The notes under the pieces are model-generated. The model saw only the letters and a program-made list of their open reading frames with translations. It was not told the DNA's origin and did not search any database. A stretch of DNA of 64,000 bases from Octopus vulgaris (lineage: Eukaryota): contig OX597814.1 of assembly GCA_951406725.2 (NCBI GenBank), forward strand, positions 182,094,001 through 182,158,000, given 5' to 3'. The translations under genes and the position numbers were made by a program. Below, one piece after another: positions 1-11,100 of this stretch; the stretch's first letter is position 1, and every line of letters starts with the position of its first letter.

Positions 1-734
1 ATGTAAATATAAATATAGGACACATCTTCATAATACTAATCAGCATTTCCCAATTGATCACAAATACTATAAATAAGCAAAAGAGAAGTGTAGCTGTGTG
101 ATTGAGAAGCTTAGCTTCTCAACCATGTGGTTTCAGGTTCAGTCTCACTGAAGCATCTTGGGTATATATTTTCTATTATAGCCCCAGGCCAACCAAAGCC
201 ATGTGAGTGGATTTGGTATACATTTGTGTGCATGTACCCTTATCTTGACTTGTGATGGTTGTAAATGAGCATCACTATCATACAAGCAATGCTGTTTGTT
301 TCCAGTTTGGCCAAGAGGAATTGTTATCTTGCTTGAAGGCAAGTGAGATTTGACAACAGGGATGACATCCAGCCATAGAAAATCTGCCTGTACATAAATA
401 TGTGTACACACACACACACAGAGTCTTGAGCCTTTAGACCCATTAGGCAGAAGCTTATCTTGGTTTCTAGTTATGTAAAGTGTCTGAGAATTCAACACTT
501 CACTGAATGGAATGCCAATCTGTTGCAGGATTAGCCTCCCCATCACCACCATTGCTGTTGCCAGTACTCAATTTCACTTGAGTGGACTGAAGAAATGTGA
601 AATATATAAGCAATTTCGTAGTAGTGAGATGTCAGGTGTGAATATCTGTCCATGTGTCAGAACAAGAACTCCTCAATCATCATCAAACAATCACATTCAC
701 TTTTTCTTACAGATGCAGAAAACAGAAATTGGAT

Positions 735-955
735 ATTTCGTTTTGGGATTTGGTTTGCAAGATTCTTTATATGAGTTTGTGTGTTGAAGCATATTCTGTT
801 GTGTCTGGGGAGAGTCATTTTCTTTATTGAAAAGGTTGCAAGACGCAACGAAAATTTTAGGAAAATAAAAATAAGAAAAAAGTGAAAATTTTACTGGTGA
901 GTGTGTTATATTATAAGGCACAAAAAGAAAATGACTCTCCCCAGACACAACAGAA
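735..955 (+). mobile_element. Short repeat with inverted duplication of its terminus (Penelope pLTR-like derivative)
   Basis: 32-bp inverted repeat 794-825/924-955; second copy in reverse at 31662-31836; contains hammerhead-like TTGAAAA..GAAA core. Confidence 0.45.
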
Positions 956-999
956 ATTGGATAACCAATCATCATTGGAAACTTCGTTCCTTCTGTTAG

Positions 1000-1125
1000 G
1001 TATACCAGTTTAAGGCTGTCACCATTAACATTAGCTCAATGAAAAGTAGAGCTGGGCAGATTGTAGACATACTGGAATTGAGGCTTGTAGAGGTGTGCTG
1101 TGTACAAGAGATAAGATGAAGGTGT
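1000..1125 (+). mobile_element. RTE LINE AP-endonuclease N-terminal fragment
   Basis: Reads KAVTINISSMKSRAGQIVDILELRLVEVCCVQEIR*, homologous to 61729-62049. Confidence 0.65.
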
Positions 1126-1355
1126 ACAAGAAATAAGATGAACCATGGGAAAATATTACCTTACTTGAAAACAAGTAAGGGTTGGTATCAGGAAAAGCAG
1201 CAACTGTAAAAAAATCTGCTTCAATAAACTCTATCCAACCTATGGAAGCACAGAAAATTGGACATTAAAACAATGATGCTGATATAAAGTATATCACAAT
1301 CATCATCATCATCATCCTTTAATGTCTGTTTTCCATGCTAGCATGGGTTGGAAGA

Positions 1356-1645
1356 TTTCTATTGGTCACTTTTGCCGAACCACTAAGTTACAGGTACGTA
1401 AACACACCAGCATCGGTTGTCAAGCGATGTTGGGGGCACAAACACAGACACACAAACATATACACACACATACATATATATGACGAGCTTCTTTCAATTT
1501 CCGTCTACCAAATCCACTCACAAGGCTTTGGTCAGCCCGAGGCTGTAGTAGAAGACATTTGCCCAAGGTGCCACGCAGTGGGACCGAACCCGGAACCATG
1601 TCGTTCATAAGCAAGCTACTTACCACACAGCCACTCCTATGCCTA
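1356..1645 (-). mobile_element. tRNA-derived SINE family A (reverse, partial)
   Basis: Reverse complement of the family at 2836-3218. Confidence 0.8.
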
Positions 1646-1949
1646 CATATTTTGCTCAAGAACAGAATGCACCTTCTGCTCCAACAATCAGGACCATGAA
1701 TTTGTGATCATTAGTGCAACATCCTAACCAACTTGACTGTATGCCTTCACATGTGAAATATATATTTGTTTATTTAAGCATAAAATCACTGATTTATAGG
1801 TCAGGTATAATGTTTTTTCTTCATTAGAGGGCATTAGTGACATAAATAACAAGAATTATACCCAACAGTATATAATATTGGTCTGTCAGGAGCTCACCTA
1901 CAAACAATGAGTACAAATTGTTAAGTTTAAATTGTATGCTTAGTTGTGA

Positions 1950-2270
1950 TACCCATGCTGGTGGCACATAAAAAGCACCATCCAAATGTGGCCGATGTCA
2001 GCGCTACCTTGGCTGGCTTATGTGCCAGTGGCATGTAAAAAGCACCAACTGATCGTGGCCGTTGCCAGCCTCCTCTGGCACCTGTGCTGGCAGCACGTAA
2101 AAAGCACCCACTACACTCACGGAGTGGTTGGCATTAGGAAGGGAATCCAGCTGTAGAAACACTGCCAGATCAGACTGGAGCCTGGTGCAGCCTCCTGGCT
2201 TCCCAGACCCCGGTCGAACTGTCCAACCCATGCTAGCATGGAAAATGGACGTTAAATGATGATGATGATG
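1950..2270 (+). mobile_element. RTE 3'-tail repeat (family B) ending in (GAT)n
   Basis: ggtggcacgtaaaaagcacc subunits followed by ...aacccatgctagcatggaaaatggacgttaaatgatgatg. Confidence 0.8.
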
Positions 2271-2835
2271 TAGAAATAGAAATATGACACTTTCAAATGA
2301 TGCATGTGGATGACAATAGAATAATTTCTAAAAAAAAAAGCAGTGATTAACAAGCCCAAATCTTGTTAAACTATTCTTATAATAACTTCTAATAAACTAA
2401 TTAAAATAGGAAGTATTTCTAATAGCTGTGAAACAAGGAAGACTTCAAATATATTAATTCGATCAAACATGGGGATGTTGGATTTATTGTTAAGATATCA
2501 CAGGATCAAGTGCTATAGAAAAATACAGCAGTACAGGTGTTAGTATCTCCATGCTAGCAGTGGACAATGATCATTAGCAGAAAAAACAGATGTTGATAGG
2601 ATCACTCTTATACAATGGTTGATAATGACATTTCTTAGCTGCTGATGGCCTGAATGTGATTGCAAATTAGGACAATTGGTACTTGAAATAATAAGTAGGG
2701 TTATTTTGAGTTCTAGATTGTTGTAACCAGTTTTATATATCAACATAATTTTCAATATTTTTGTTACTAAGTTATTACACCAGATAAAAATATTTCATTT
2801 TAGCTCCATTCCTTTAGTATAGAAATAAAGGGATA

Positions 2836-3218
2836 GGCGTAGGAGTGGCTGTGTGGTAAGTAGCTTACTTACAAACTACATGGTTCCGGGTTCAGTCCCA
2901 CTGCGTGGCACCTTGGGCAAGTGTCTTCTACTATAGCCTCGGGCCGACCAAAGCCTTGTGAGTGGATTTAATAGATGGAAACTGAAAGAAGCTTGTCGTA
3001 TATATATGTATGTTTGTGTGTCAGTGTTTGTTCTCCCAACATCGCTTGACAACCGATGCTGGTGTGTTTACATTCCCGTAACTTAGCAGTTCGGCAAAAG
3101 AGACCGATAGAATAAGTACTAGGCTTACAAAGAATAAGTCCTGGAATCAATTTGCTCGACTAAAGGCGGTGCTCCAGCATGGCCATAGTCAAATGACTGA
3201 AACAAATAAAAGAGTAAA
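2836..3218 (+). mobile_element. tRNA-derived SINE family A, full length
   Basis: A box TGGCTGTGTGG, B box GGTTCAGTCCC; near-identical copies at 21359, 25092, 30180, 42570. Confidence 0.88.
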
Positions 3219-3923
3219 AGAATAATATTCATAATACGAATAAATAATATTGTTATAAAGTCAGAGTGATAAATATTTGCAGTTATGAAGTATTTGACAT
3301 TGCTTTTCACTGTAGGATATGAAATTAAAATTTTTTACTAGACTGTCTCTGAATTATCAGATTAATTTAAAATTAGTTTATTTATCTGGCAAGAGTTTAC
3401 GATATTTTGGTTTCCTCCAATTTTTGCCTTTTATGACGCATAGAGGAGATGTTGGGTCTATTCTTTGACATGCCACTCCTCACACAGCATGAAAGAGGTA
3501 GGATCTGCACTCCAACCTCGTAAAACCCTCACCAGCAACAATCTTTTATACAACCCCACAAATTTCTCTCCTCTGGACAATTACCTCAACTGCCTATAAA
3601 GCAACTGTGGCAAAGCCATCAGAACCACCATCAGCTATATGGGGAAAACCTTGGACGATAGGATGAGCTGGAAGGTTGTTGCCTGAGTGGTGCAAAGGTG
3701 TCATCCATCAGGAGTAGGAAATCTCAGTTCAACCTGAGGAAGCCTATTTGGGTGGGGACCTAGAATGTTCTCTCCTGCCCCTGTTGTCTTTGGAACTCAG
3801 TTCCTGCCTGCCCCTGTTGTCTTTGGAACTCAGCCATTTTCAAGTTGCTGTAGCAGCCTTATCAGAGGTGCATTATCCAAGGAGGAGCAACATCTCAACT
3901 GGTGGTTACACCTACTACTTACT

Positions 3924-4158
3924 TATTTCTTTATTGCCCACAAGGGGCTAAACATAGAGGGGACAAACAAGGACAGACAAAGGGATTAAGTCGATTACAT
4001 TGACCCCAGTGCATAACTGGTACTTAATTTATTGATCCTGAAAGGATGAAAGGCAAAGTCGACCTCAGCGGAATTTGAACTCAGAACGTAACAGCAGACG
4101 AAATACCACTAAGCATTTCACCCGGCGTGCTAACGTTTCTGCCAGCTTGCCGCCTTTC
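3924..4158 (-). mobile_element. tRNA-derived SINE family C (Nin/Deu-like central domain) with 16-bp TSD
   Basis: TSD ACACCTACTACTTACT at 3908-3923 and 4159-4174; gcctttcatcctttc...ataaattaagtacc domain on the - strand. Confidence 0.85.
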
Positions 4159-5291
4159 ACACCTACTACTTACTGGTCTGGGCACTCTGACGGCTGGCAT
4201 TACAGAGAGGTAGCAGTTCTAGTACCTGACTGGCTGGTTCCAATTATTTAGGTGTAATACCTGTCAACGAATGTTATTATGTGGCTGAGGATCTGACATT
4301 CTCTGTCAAATCCGTCATTTTCTTGCTTGCAGTACATGCTTTGACTGCTATGAATGACAGGTTGGTGAGGAACATATTCTTCACCCATCTGTGCTCTGTT
4401 GTCATGGGAAATTTCAACTGGGGTTGACAGAATGGAATATGAATGTGTTGTTAGCCCTTTTGGATCTGATGCTGAACATTTGGAGTGTGATGCTCCTGTA
4501 CATGGATTTTGCATTTCTGGCTCCTGATACCAATATCTTGAACTGCATCATTGGATTTGGTATTCCAATACTGGCTGTATGGCAAAAGAGATTGACCATG
4601 TACTTGTTGTTGGCTGCAGGAGCCTCCTACAGAACTGCAGGGGTTTTTTAGAGTGCTAGTTTCTTGGTCACCAACCAGAGACTTATTGTGACTGAGATGA
4701 GATTGTGACTGAAGTTAGCCTCGTAAGAGGCTGAAGACAGTCAGCCCTAGACTGAATGTTGACAGACTCAATAACAACACTGTAAGTAAGACTTATTTGC
4801 AGTAACTTAGATCTGTGCTACTTGGGACTGACTTAATGTCTGATCCTATAGGAATGTGGGAAACTTACAGGGACACCCTACTGTCGACTGCTAGGGAATT
4901 TATTAGTTTCCAAAATTGGGCCAGGAAGTGTTTTATTTCCAGGGAGACCCTTGTATTGGTGGAGTGTAGCTGCAGGGCAAGACTGGGTTGAACCTCTGGT
5001 GATTTGCTTTGAGAGCTGAGATGTGGGGTAGTCAGGGCACTGAGGCCCAACAAGGAAAAGCAAGTCCAAGAAATCTGCAAGAAGGTTGAGACTCAGTGTC
5101 ATATATGTGACTCATGTACTGCCTACAGAGAAATCACTTTGCTTGCAGTAGGGGTGAAGCCACCCCATCGATGTTCTGAAGTCTTAGACTCTTGTGTACT
5201 CCTGATGGAGGAGCCTAAGGTGATGGTTCACTGGGCATTGTACTTTGAGGAATTGTATAAGGTGGATCTACCTAGTACTGATCTGAATACC

Positions 5292-5518
5292 TATTTCTTT
5301 ACTACCCACAAGGGGCTAAACACAGAGAAGGCAAACAAGGACAGACAGACGGATTAAATCGATTATATCGACCCCAGTGTGCAACTGTACTTAATTTATT
5401 GATCCCGAAAGGATGAAAGGCAAAGTTGACCTCGGTGGAACTCAGAACGTAATGGCAGACGAAATACAGCTACGCATTTCGCCTGGCATGCTAACATTTT
5501 TGCCAGCTCGCCGCCTTA
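5292..5518 (-). mobile_element. SINE family C with 16-bp TSD
   Basis: TSD TACTGATCTGAATACC at 5276-5291 and 5519-5534. Confidence 0.85.
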
Positions 5519-7477
5519 TACTGATCTGAATACCATGATTCCTTCAGCACTGGTGACTGACCAACCAATCAGCTGTGATCTGCTGTCTGAAGATGAGGTT
5601 CATACAGCAGTAAATTACTGGATCATTGGGAAGGCAGCCGGTGTTTGTGACATCCATAGGAAGATGATCAAGAAAGGTGGGCCTGCTGCAGTCATGTTTT
5701 TGCAGCAGATCTTCTGCTCAATCTGGAGCAGTGACATTATACTGCTGGACTGGAAGAGGAGCATAACTATCTCACTTTGGAAAGTTAAAGGTGACAACTA
5801 CAACAATTATAGGGCTGCTACACTCCTCTCAATGCCTGGTAAGGTCTTTGTCAGGGTCATCCTGTGAAATCATCTGCTTGCATCTCAGTAGCCGGAGCAG
5901 TCAGGGTTCGTGTCAAAGAGGTCAACTACTGACAGGGTCCTAGCTCTTTTTGTACTCATTGAATGCAAGCAGAGCTTTCAGAAGGAGCTACTTGCAACCT
6001 ATGTTGACCTCTGCAAGGCATTTGACTTGGTGGACAGGAATGTGATTCTAGAGCTCTAAGGTATACCTCCCCAGCTGATTGGGCTGATGATGGCCTTGTA
6101 GACTGGAACAGTCAGTGCAGTTCAGATTGGGGGCTCAGCATCTGACATTTTCCCAGTTAGAGCTGGGGCCCATCAGAGTTGTGTCTTGGTTCCTGATCTG
6201 TTTAGTGACTGCATAGATTGGATACTTGACTGAATGATAGCCCAACTGAGTTGTGGTGCACTCATTTGTGAAACTAGGATTACAAAACTAGATTTTGCTG
6301 ATGTTGCAGTTATTCTTACTAAGTCTCTGGATGTCTTAAGGAGCACTCTCCTTTCACTGAGTAAGGAAGAGGAGCTAGTTGACTTTGGAGTCTCTTGGGT
6401 CAAGACAAAAATCCAGTCCTTCCTTGATATCTAGGAGGACTATGCCTCTTCTGTCTCTATTGTGGGTGAGAATGTTGAAATTGTTGATTGATTCATTTAT
6501 CTCAGCAGTGAGGTTCATAATGGCATTAACTGTAAGTCTGAAGTCCTAAAAAGACTGGGACAAACTCGTACAGTTGTGGACTCATTTGACCAAGGTGTTT
6601 GGCCCTGCTGATATCTGTGCAGGAGGATAAAGGTTCGGGTCTTTAAGTCTTTGGTCCTCCCTGTCCATCCATATAGTTGCAAGAATTGGACACTGTCCTG
6701 GGCCCTTAGGAGCCACTTGAACTCCTTTGGTACCAGAATGCTTCACAGGATTATGGGTTACCACTGGTTGGATCTCATATCGATCTGATTACTCTGCTCA
6801 GAAACTGGGATGCATTCTGTCACTTGTATGATTTGGGAATGCTGTCTCAGACTGTTTAGCAAAAATTGCTTGATTTTCCAAGTTAGACCTTGCTTTCTGT
6901 GTTCTCTTCACTGAAGATCCAGCTCAGTTGATGTCTCATGATGGTCAACCACATGCCACATGGTCATGGCAGATAAAGAGGTATCTTGTGGAAATGGGAA
7001 CTGACTGGGACTCTACTCGACAGGTCATTAGGAGGACCCAGGAATATACCAACAAATGGCAAATGCAGTAACATACTGCAACAATGGCACATGCTTTTAC
7101 ACCTGACCTGACCTCCAATCTTCTCCAGATTGATTATCATTATTGTTTAAAATTATCAAAACATTTTTTCATTATACCTAAATGACTACATCTGAAAAAT
7201 GTTGGATATAAATGTCTTTATATCTTTTTCATTTTAATTGGGCAGTTTTCTTGGTAGTTTTCCTTTTTTTGTTAAGTTGCAATAGTCTGAAGTTGGTGTT
7301 AGGAAGAGCATCCAACCATAGAAACCATGCCAAAGCGGACACTGGAGCATGATGCAGTCTTTGGGACTCATTAGGTCCGGTCAAATTGTCAAATCCATGC
7401 TAGCATGGGACATGGATGTTAAATTATGACAATGCTGGTGATATTGCAAAGTACAGATAAAACAATATTTAAATTAA

Positions 7478-7699
7478 CCCTTTTGTTAACATATTTCTGA
7501 TGAGATGCTCTGTGTTTCTTACAATTAATTTTAAACATAACAAAGAATTTAGTAAAATAACTTAGTTATCATTCAGCTAGTGTTAGGAACATAAATTGTG
7601 ACTAAGGTTTGGTGGAAGATTTTAATTCAGAACTTATGAAAACAAGACATTTGTATTACAGAGCCAGAGACGGTTTCAGCCGGGTTGGTAACAAAAGGG
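7478..7699. mobile_element. piggyBac-like MITE
   Basis: TTAA TSD on both sides, CCCTTTTGTTA...TAACAAAAGGG TIRs; 4 copies in window. Confidence 0.85.
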
Positions 7700-7966
7700 T
7701 TAAACTTATGGCCTCATTGTATTGACCTTCCCTTCATCATCCCCTTCAAAAAATCAACAACCAGTTTCATTCAGTGTAAGAAGCTTTAAATCAAATAATT
7801 CTTGGTGTTTATAATCAGTACAACACTAGTATATGAAGCTGTTTACAAAACAACTATTGCAGTATTTAAAAAGTAAGTACAATGCTAAACAGAGTTATTT
7901 CTTGTATTTTCAGACTGTCTTTAATGTTGATTTGGTATTCTATAATTTTAGAGTTTTCTCTTTCAG

Positions 7967-8162
7967 TTTTCAAAGAAATTCATATTTCTTTGCTTTCTCG
8001 TGACTTGAAAACAACTGTCAAAACTATTTTAAAGACTTGCAACCTACCTCTGGATTATGTCGATCATGTTGCAAATCAGAGCAAAATTAACACAAGTTCT
8101 CCTGTATTCAGACCCCTGGATCCATCAATAGTCATGAAGCCTAATCCTCAAATAAGTTTACA
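7967..8162 (+). CDS. TCAIM: TCAIM coding exon (first visible)
   Basis: tttcag acceptor, [31 protein letters not shown]..., CA|gtaagt donor. Confidence 0.85.
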
Positions 8163-11100
8163 GTAAGTAAAGTTATCTAATGCTGTTTGTCATCTTTTCA
8201 TTTGAAAGGAAACGTTTTTATCTTGACTATATTCTATCATTACTATTTGGGTTTCTGCTAAATCAGAGGTTCTCAATATGGGTGGTAGCACCCCCTAGCA
8301 GTTGCTGGGCATGTCATAGAGGGTCAGTGAGGTAACTTAATTAACATACTAAATTTTACCTATAGTAGTAATTATATTATACATGATAAAACTAGTAATG
8401 ATTTTTTAGGATGAATGTAACTTCCTTAATTGTCAATTTTTTTTTGAGGAATAAACTAAGTTTTTTGCTTAGAAGATAAGTTACCATAGAGATAACAGTG
8501 TAATTTTTTTTGAGAGTTCATATTGGAAAAAGAGATTGCGACCTTGATGTTGGATTAAAATTAACCTTAAGGTGGAGAGATAAGTAGTGTACAGCTACTT
8601 CTAGCAAGTCGAGCAACTGTATAGATTCTACACCAGTTGCTTGACCTGCTAGAAATAGCAGCACACTAACTATCTCTCATTTTACTTTAATAATCATTAC
8701 TAGTATTATCATGTATAATATAATTACTATTGTAGGTAAAATTAAGTTAGTTTAGTTATGATACCTCACTAACCACTTAGGTGGCCACTAGGTATAACAA
8801 CTACAGGGGCACTACAGAAAAATATGGTAAAGAACCATTGTGTTAAATCTAAACTCAGTTGATCCTTGACTCATTTCATTTTGTTTTGTTTTTACATAAT
8901 ATATTTATCCAACCCATGATAGTAAGCCAGGTGTCTATCTTGTTGTTATCTTTATCTCTTTTTTTTTTTCAGTAAAGGATCACATCTTCAAAAAGTGATA
9001 ATGGAGAAGCTCAAATGTAAACAAATGCACACACACATTTCATCATCATCATCATTATCATCATCAACATCAACATTTTAATGTCTGTTTTCCGTGCTGG
9101 CATGGGTTGGATGGCTTGACAGGAACAAGCAAAACCAGATTTGCTATAGGGATTGGATATAGCCTCAGACCAACCAAAGCCTTGTGAGTGGATTTGGTAG
9201 GTGGCTACTGAAAGAAACCTTTTGTGTATGTGTGTGTGTTACTGTTTCCTTATCTTCACATCATGTGATGGTTGTAAGCAAGAGTCACCCTCATTGTTTG
9301 TAAGTGGTGCCTTTTGTTTCCAATTTTCTGTGAAAACATGTCTGGTAATGGGGAAATATTTCCTTACTTGGAAACATGTGAGGTTTGGTGACAGGAAGGG
9401 CATCTGACCATAGAAAATCTGCCCCAACAAATTCCTATCTGACTTATGCAAGCATGGAAAAGTGGACACTAAATTGATGATGATGATTAGAATATTAAAC
9501 CCCAGCCCATCCAAAGTGCCTTGGATCGCAGGACAGCCTGCTGTGTTTACCTTGGATCGTAGGGCAACCAGCTGTGCTTGAGGAGACCTAATGAGTCAAG
9601 TACATCAACATCAAAAAGTTAAATGGAAATTGTAGTTGTGATACCTGTGCCGGTGGCACGTAAAAAGCACCATCCGAATGTGGCCGATGCCAGTGCCACT
9701 TTGACTGGCTTCTGTACTGGTGGCACGTAAAAAGCACCAACCGATCCTGGCCGTTGCCGGCCTCCCCTGGTACCTGTTCTGGCGGCATGTAAAAAGCACC
9801 CACTACACTCACTGAGTGGTTGGCGTTAGGAAGGGCATCCAGCTGTAGAAACACTGCCAAATCATACTGGAGCCTGGTGCAGCCTCCTGGCTTCCCAGAC
9901 CCTGGTCGAACCGTCCAATCCATGCTAGCATGGAAAACGGATGTTAAACGATGATGATGATGACGGCGACGAAGAAGAAGAAGAAACATTGTTTCAGAAG
10001 CATGTATGGTTCTGAAGTATATGTTGTCCCTTTGATACTAGTTTGTTGTAATTTATCTGTCTTATCTAATTCAGCAGTTTATAAAACTGTCATTGAATTA
10101 TTGAGTTATTCTGTTTTTTTACTTTTTTTTCCTTCTTAATTACTTTCATTGTCAGAATGTGGTTGGAAAAGAACAGTCAAGAAACCCAGAGGCTGTCTCT
10201 GGCTACTTTAGCCATTCAAGATGAAATCGACCGTCTTAGCCTTGTTCTGAAGGAAAAGTTAAAACTCCGGGAACTTCGATGGGATAGTGCATGGGGAAAT
10301 ATCCATTTCCGAGCTTGTTTAAAGAGCTTTGACCGTCTATATGCAGAAAATACCATCAAATTTGAAAGCATTCTTAAAGGCAAGTTGTAGCATAAATTTT
10401 GATGATATTCCAACTTTTTATATTTAAGAAATTTAAACAAACCAATAATTATGATTTGTACATTAAATATGTTTAGTGGTATTAATCATTATTTCATCAT
10501 TTGTAGTATACAATATTAACCTGTGTGTGAAGGCTTGACTATACTATCATTTTTATAAGTTTCCATATTTTTCAATACCCAGAACATTTGAATTTACATA
10601 TCATCATGATAATCATCATTGTTTTAGTGTGTACTTTTCAGATCTTTACCTTTTGACCAACAGATTTTAAAAAATAATTTTTTGTAACTAAACACTTTCA
10701 AACTTCGGACACTGGTAGAATGTGTCATATAAAACATCTTTTACTCTTAGCATTTTTGAGAAAATTTATAATTACAAAGTTATTTCACGTTAAAGTTCTC
10801 GTATTTCGGTAATTTCAACCAATCAATGACATGTATTCAGCTGAATAAAATTACTGCTGTTGATTGTCAACAAGAACTTCCGGCAGTGTATATTTCGTTT
10901 GTCACTGTTATTTATGACAACCCTAACCCTAACACCTTAAAACCAGTACAAACGCATGAATGATGTCATAAATAACAGTGACAAATGAAAAATACACTGC
11001 CGATAGTTGTTGTTGACAAACAATGGCAGTAATTTTATTCAGCTGAATACATGTCATTGATTGGTTGAAATTACTGAAATACGACAACTTTAATGTGAAA

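Larger units (their letters stand above)
3480..7115 (+). mobile_element. Degenerate RTE-clade LINE (AP endonuclease + RT), interrupted by two SINEs
   Basis: VAALSEV, WYSNTG..KEIDHVL, NNYRAATLLSMPGKVF, YVDLCKAFD, LDFADVAV motifs with stops/frameshifts; (ACCTG)n 3' tail near 7100. Confidence 0.85.

Noticed and set aside
8420-8580. Functional rRNA gene
   Set aside because: Only ~160 bp, with substitutions in conserved positions, located in a nuclear intron; treated as a NUMT
9640-9805. CRISPR-like repeat-spacer pattern (GGTGGCACGTAAAAAGCACC units)
   Set aside because: Eukaryotic context, spacers are homologous to each other and shared among many dispersed copies, no cas genes; it is the RTE 3' UTR tandem module
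10919-10933. Chromosome end or fusion site
   Set aside because: Only ~2.5 telomeric units, inside a TSD-flanked transposon
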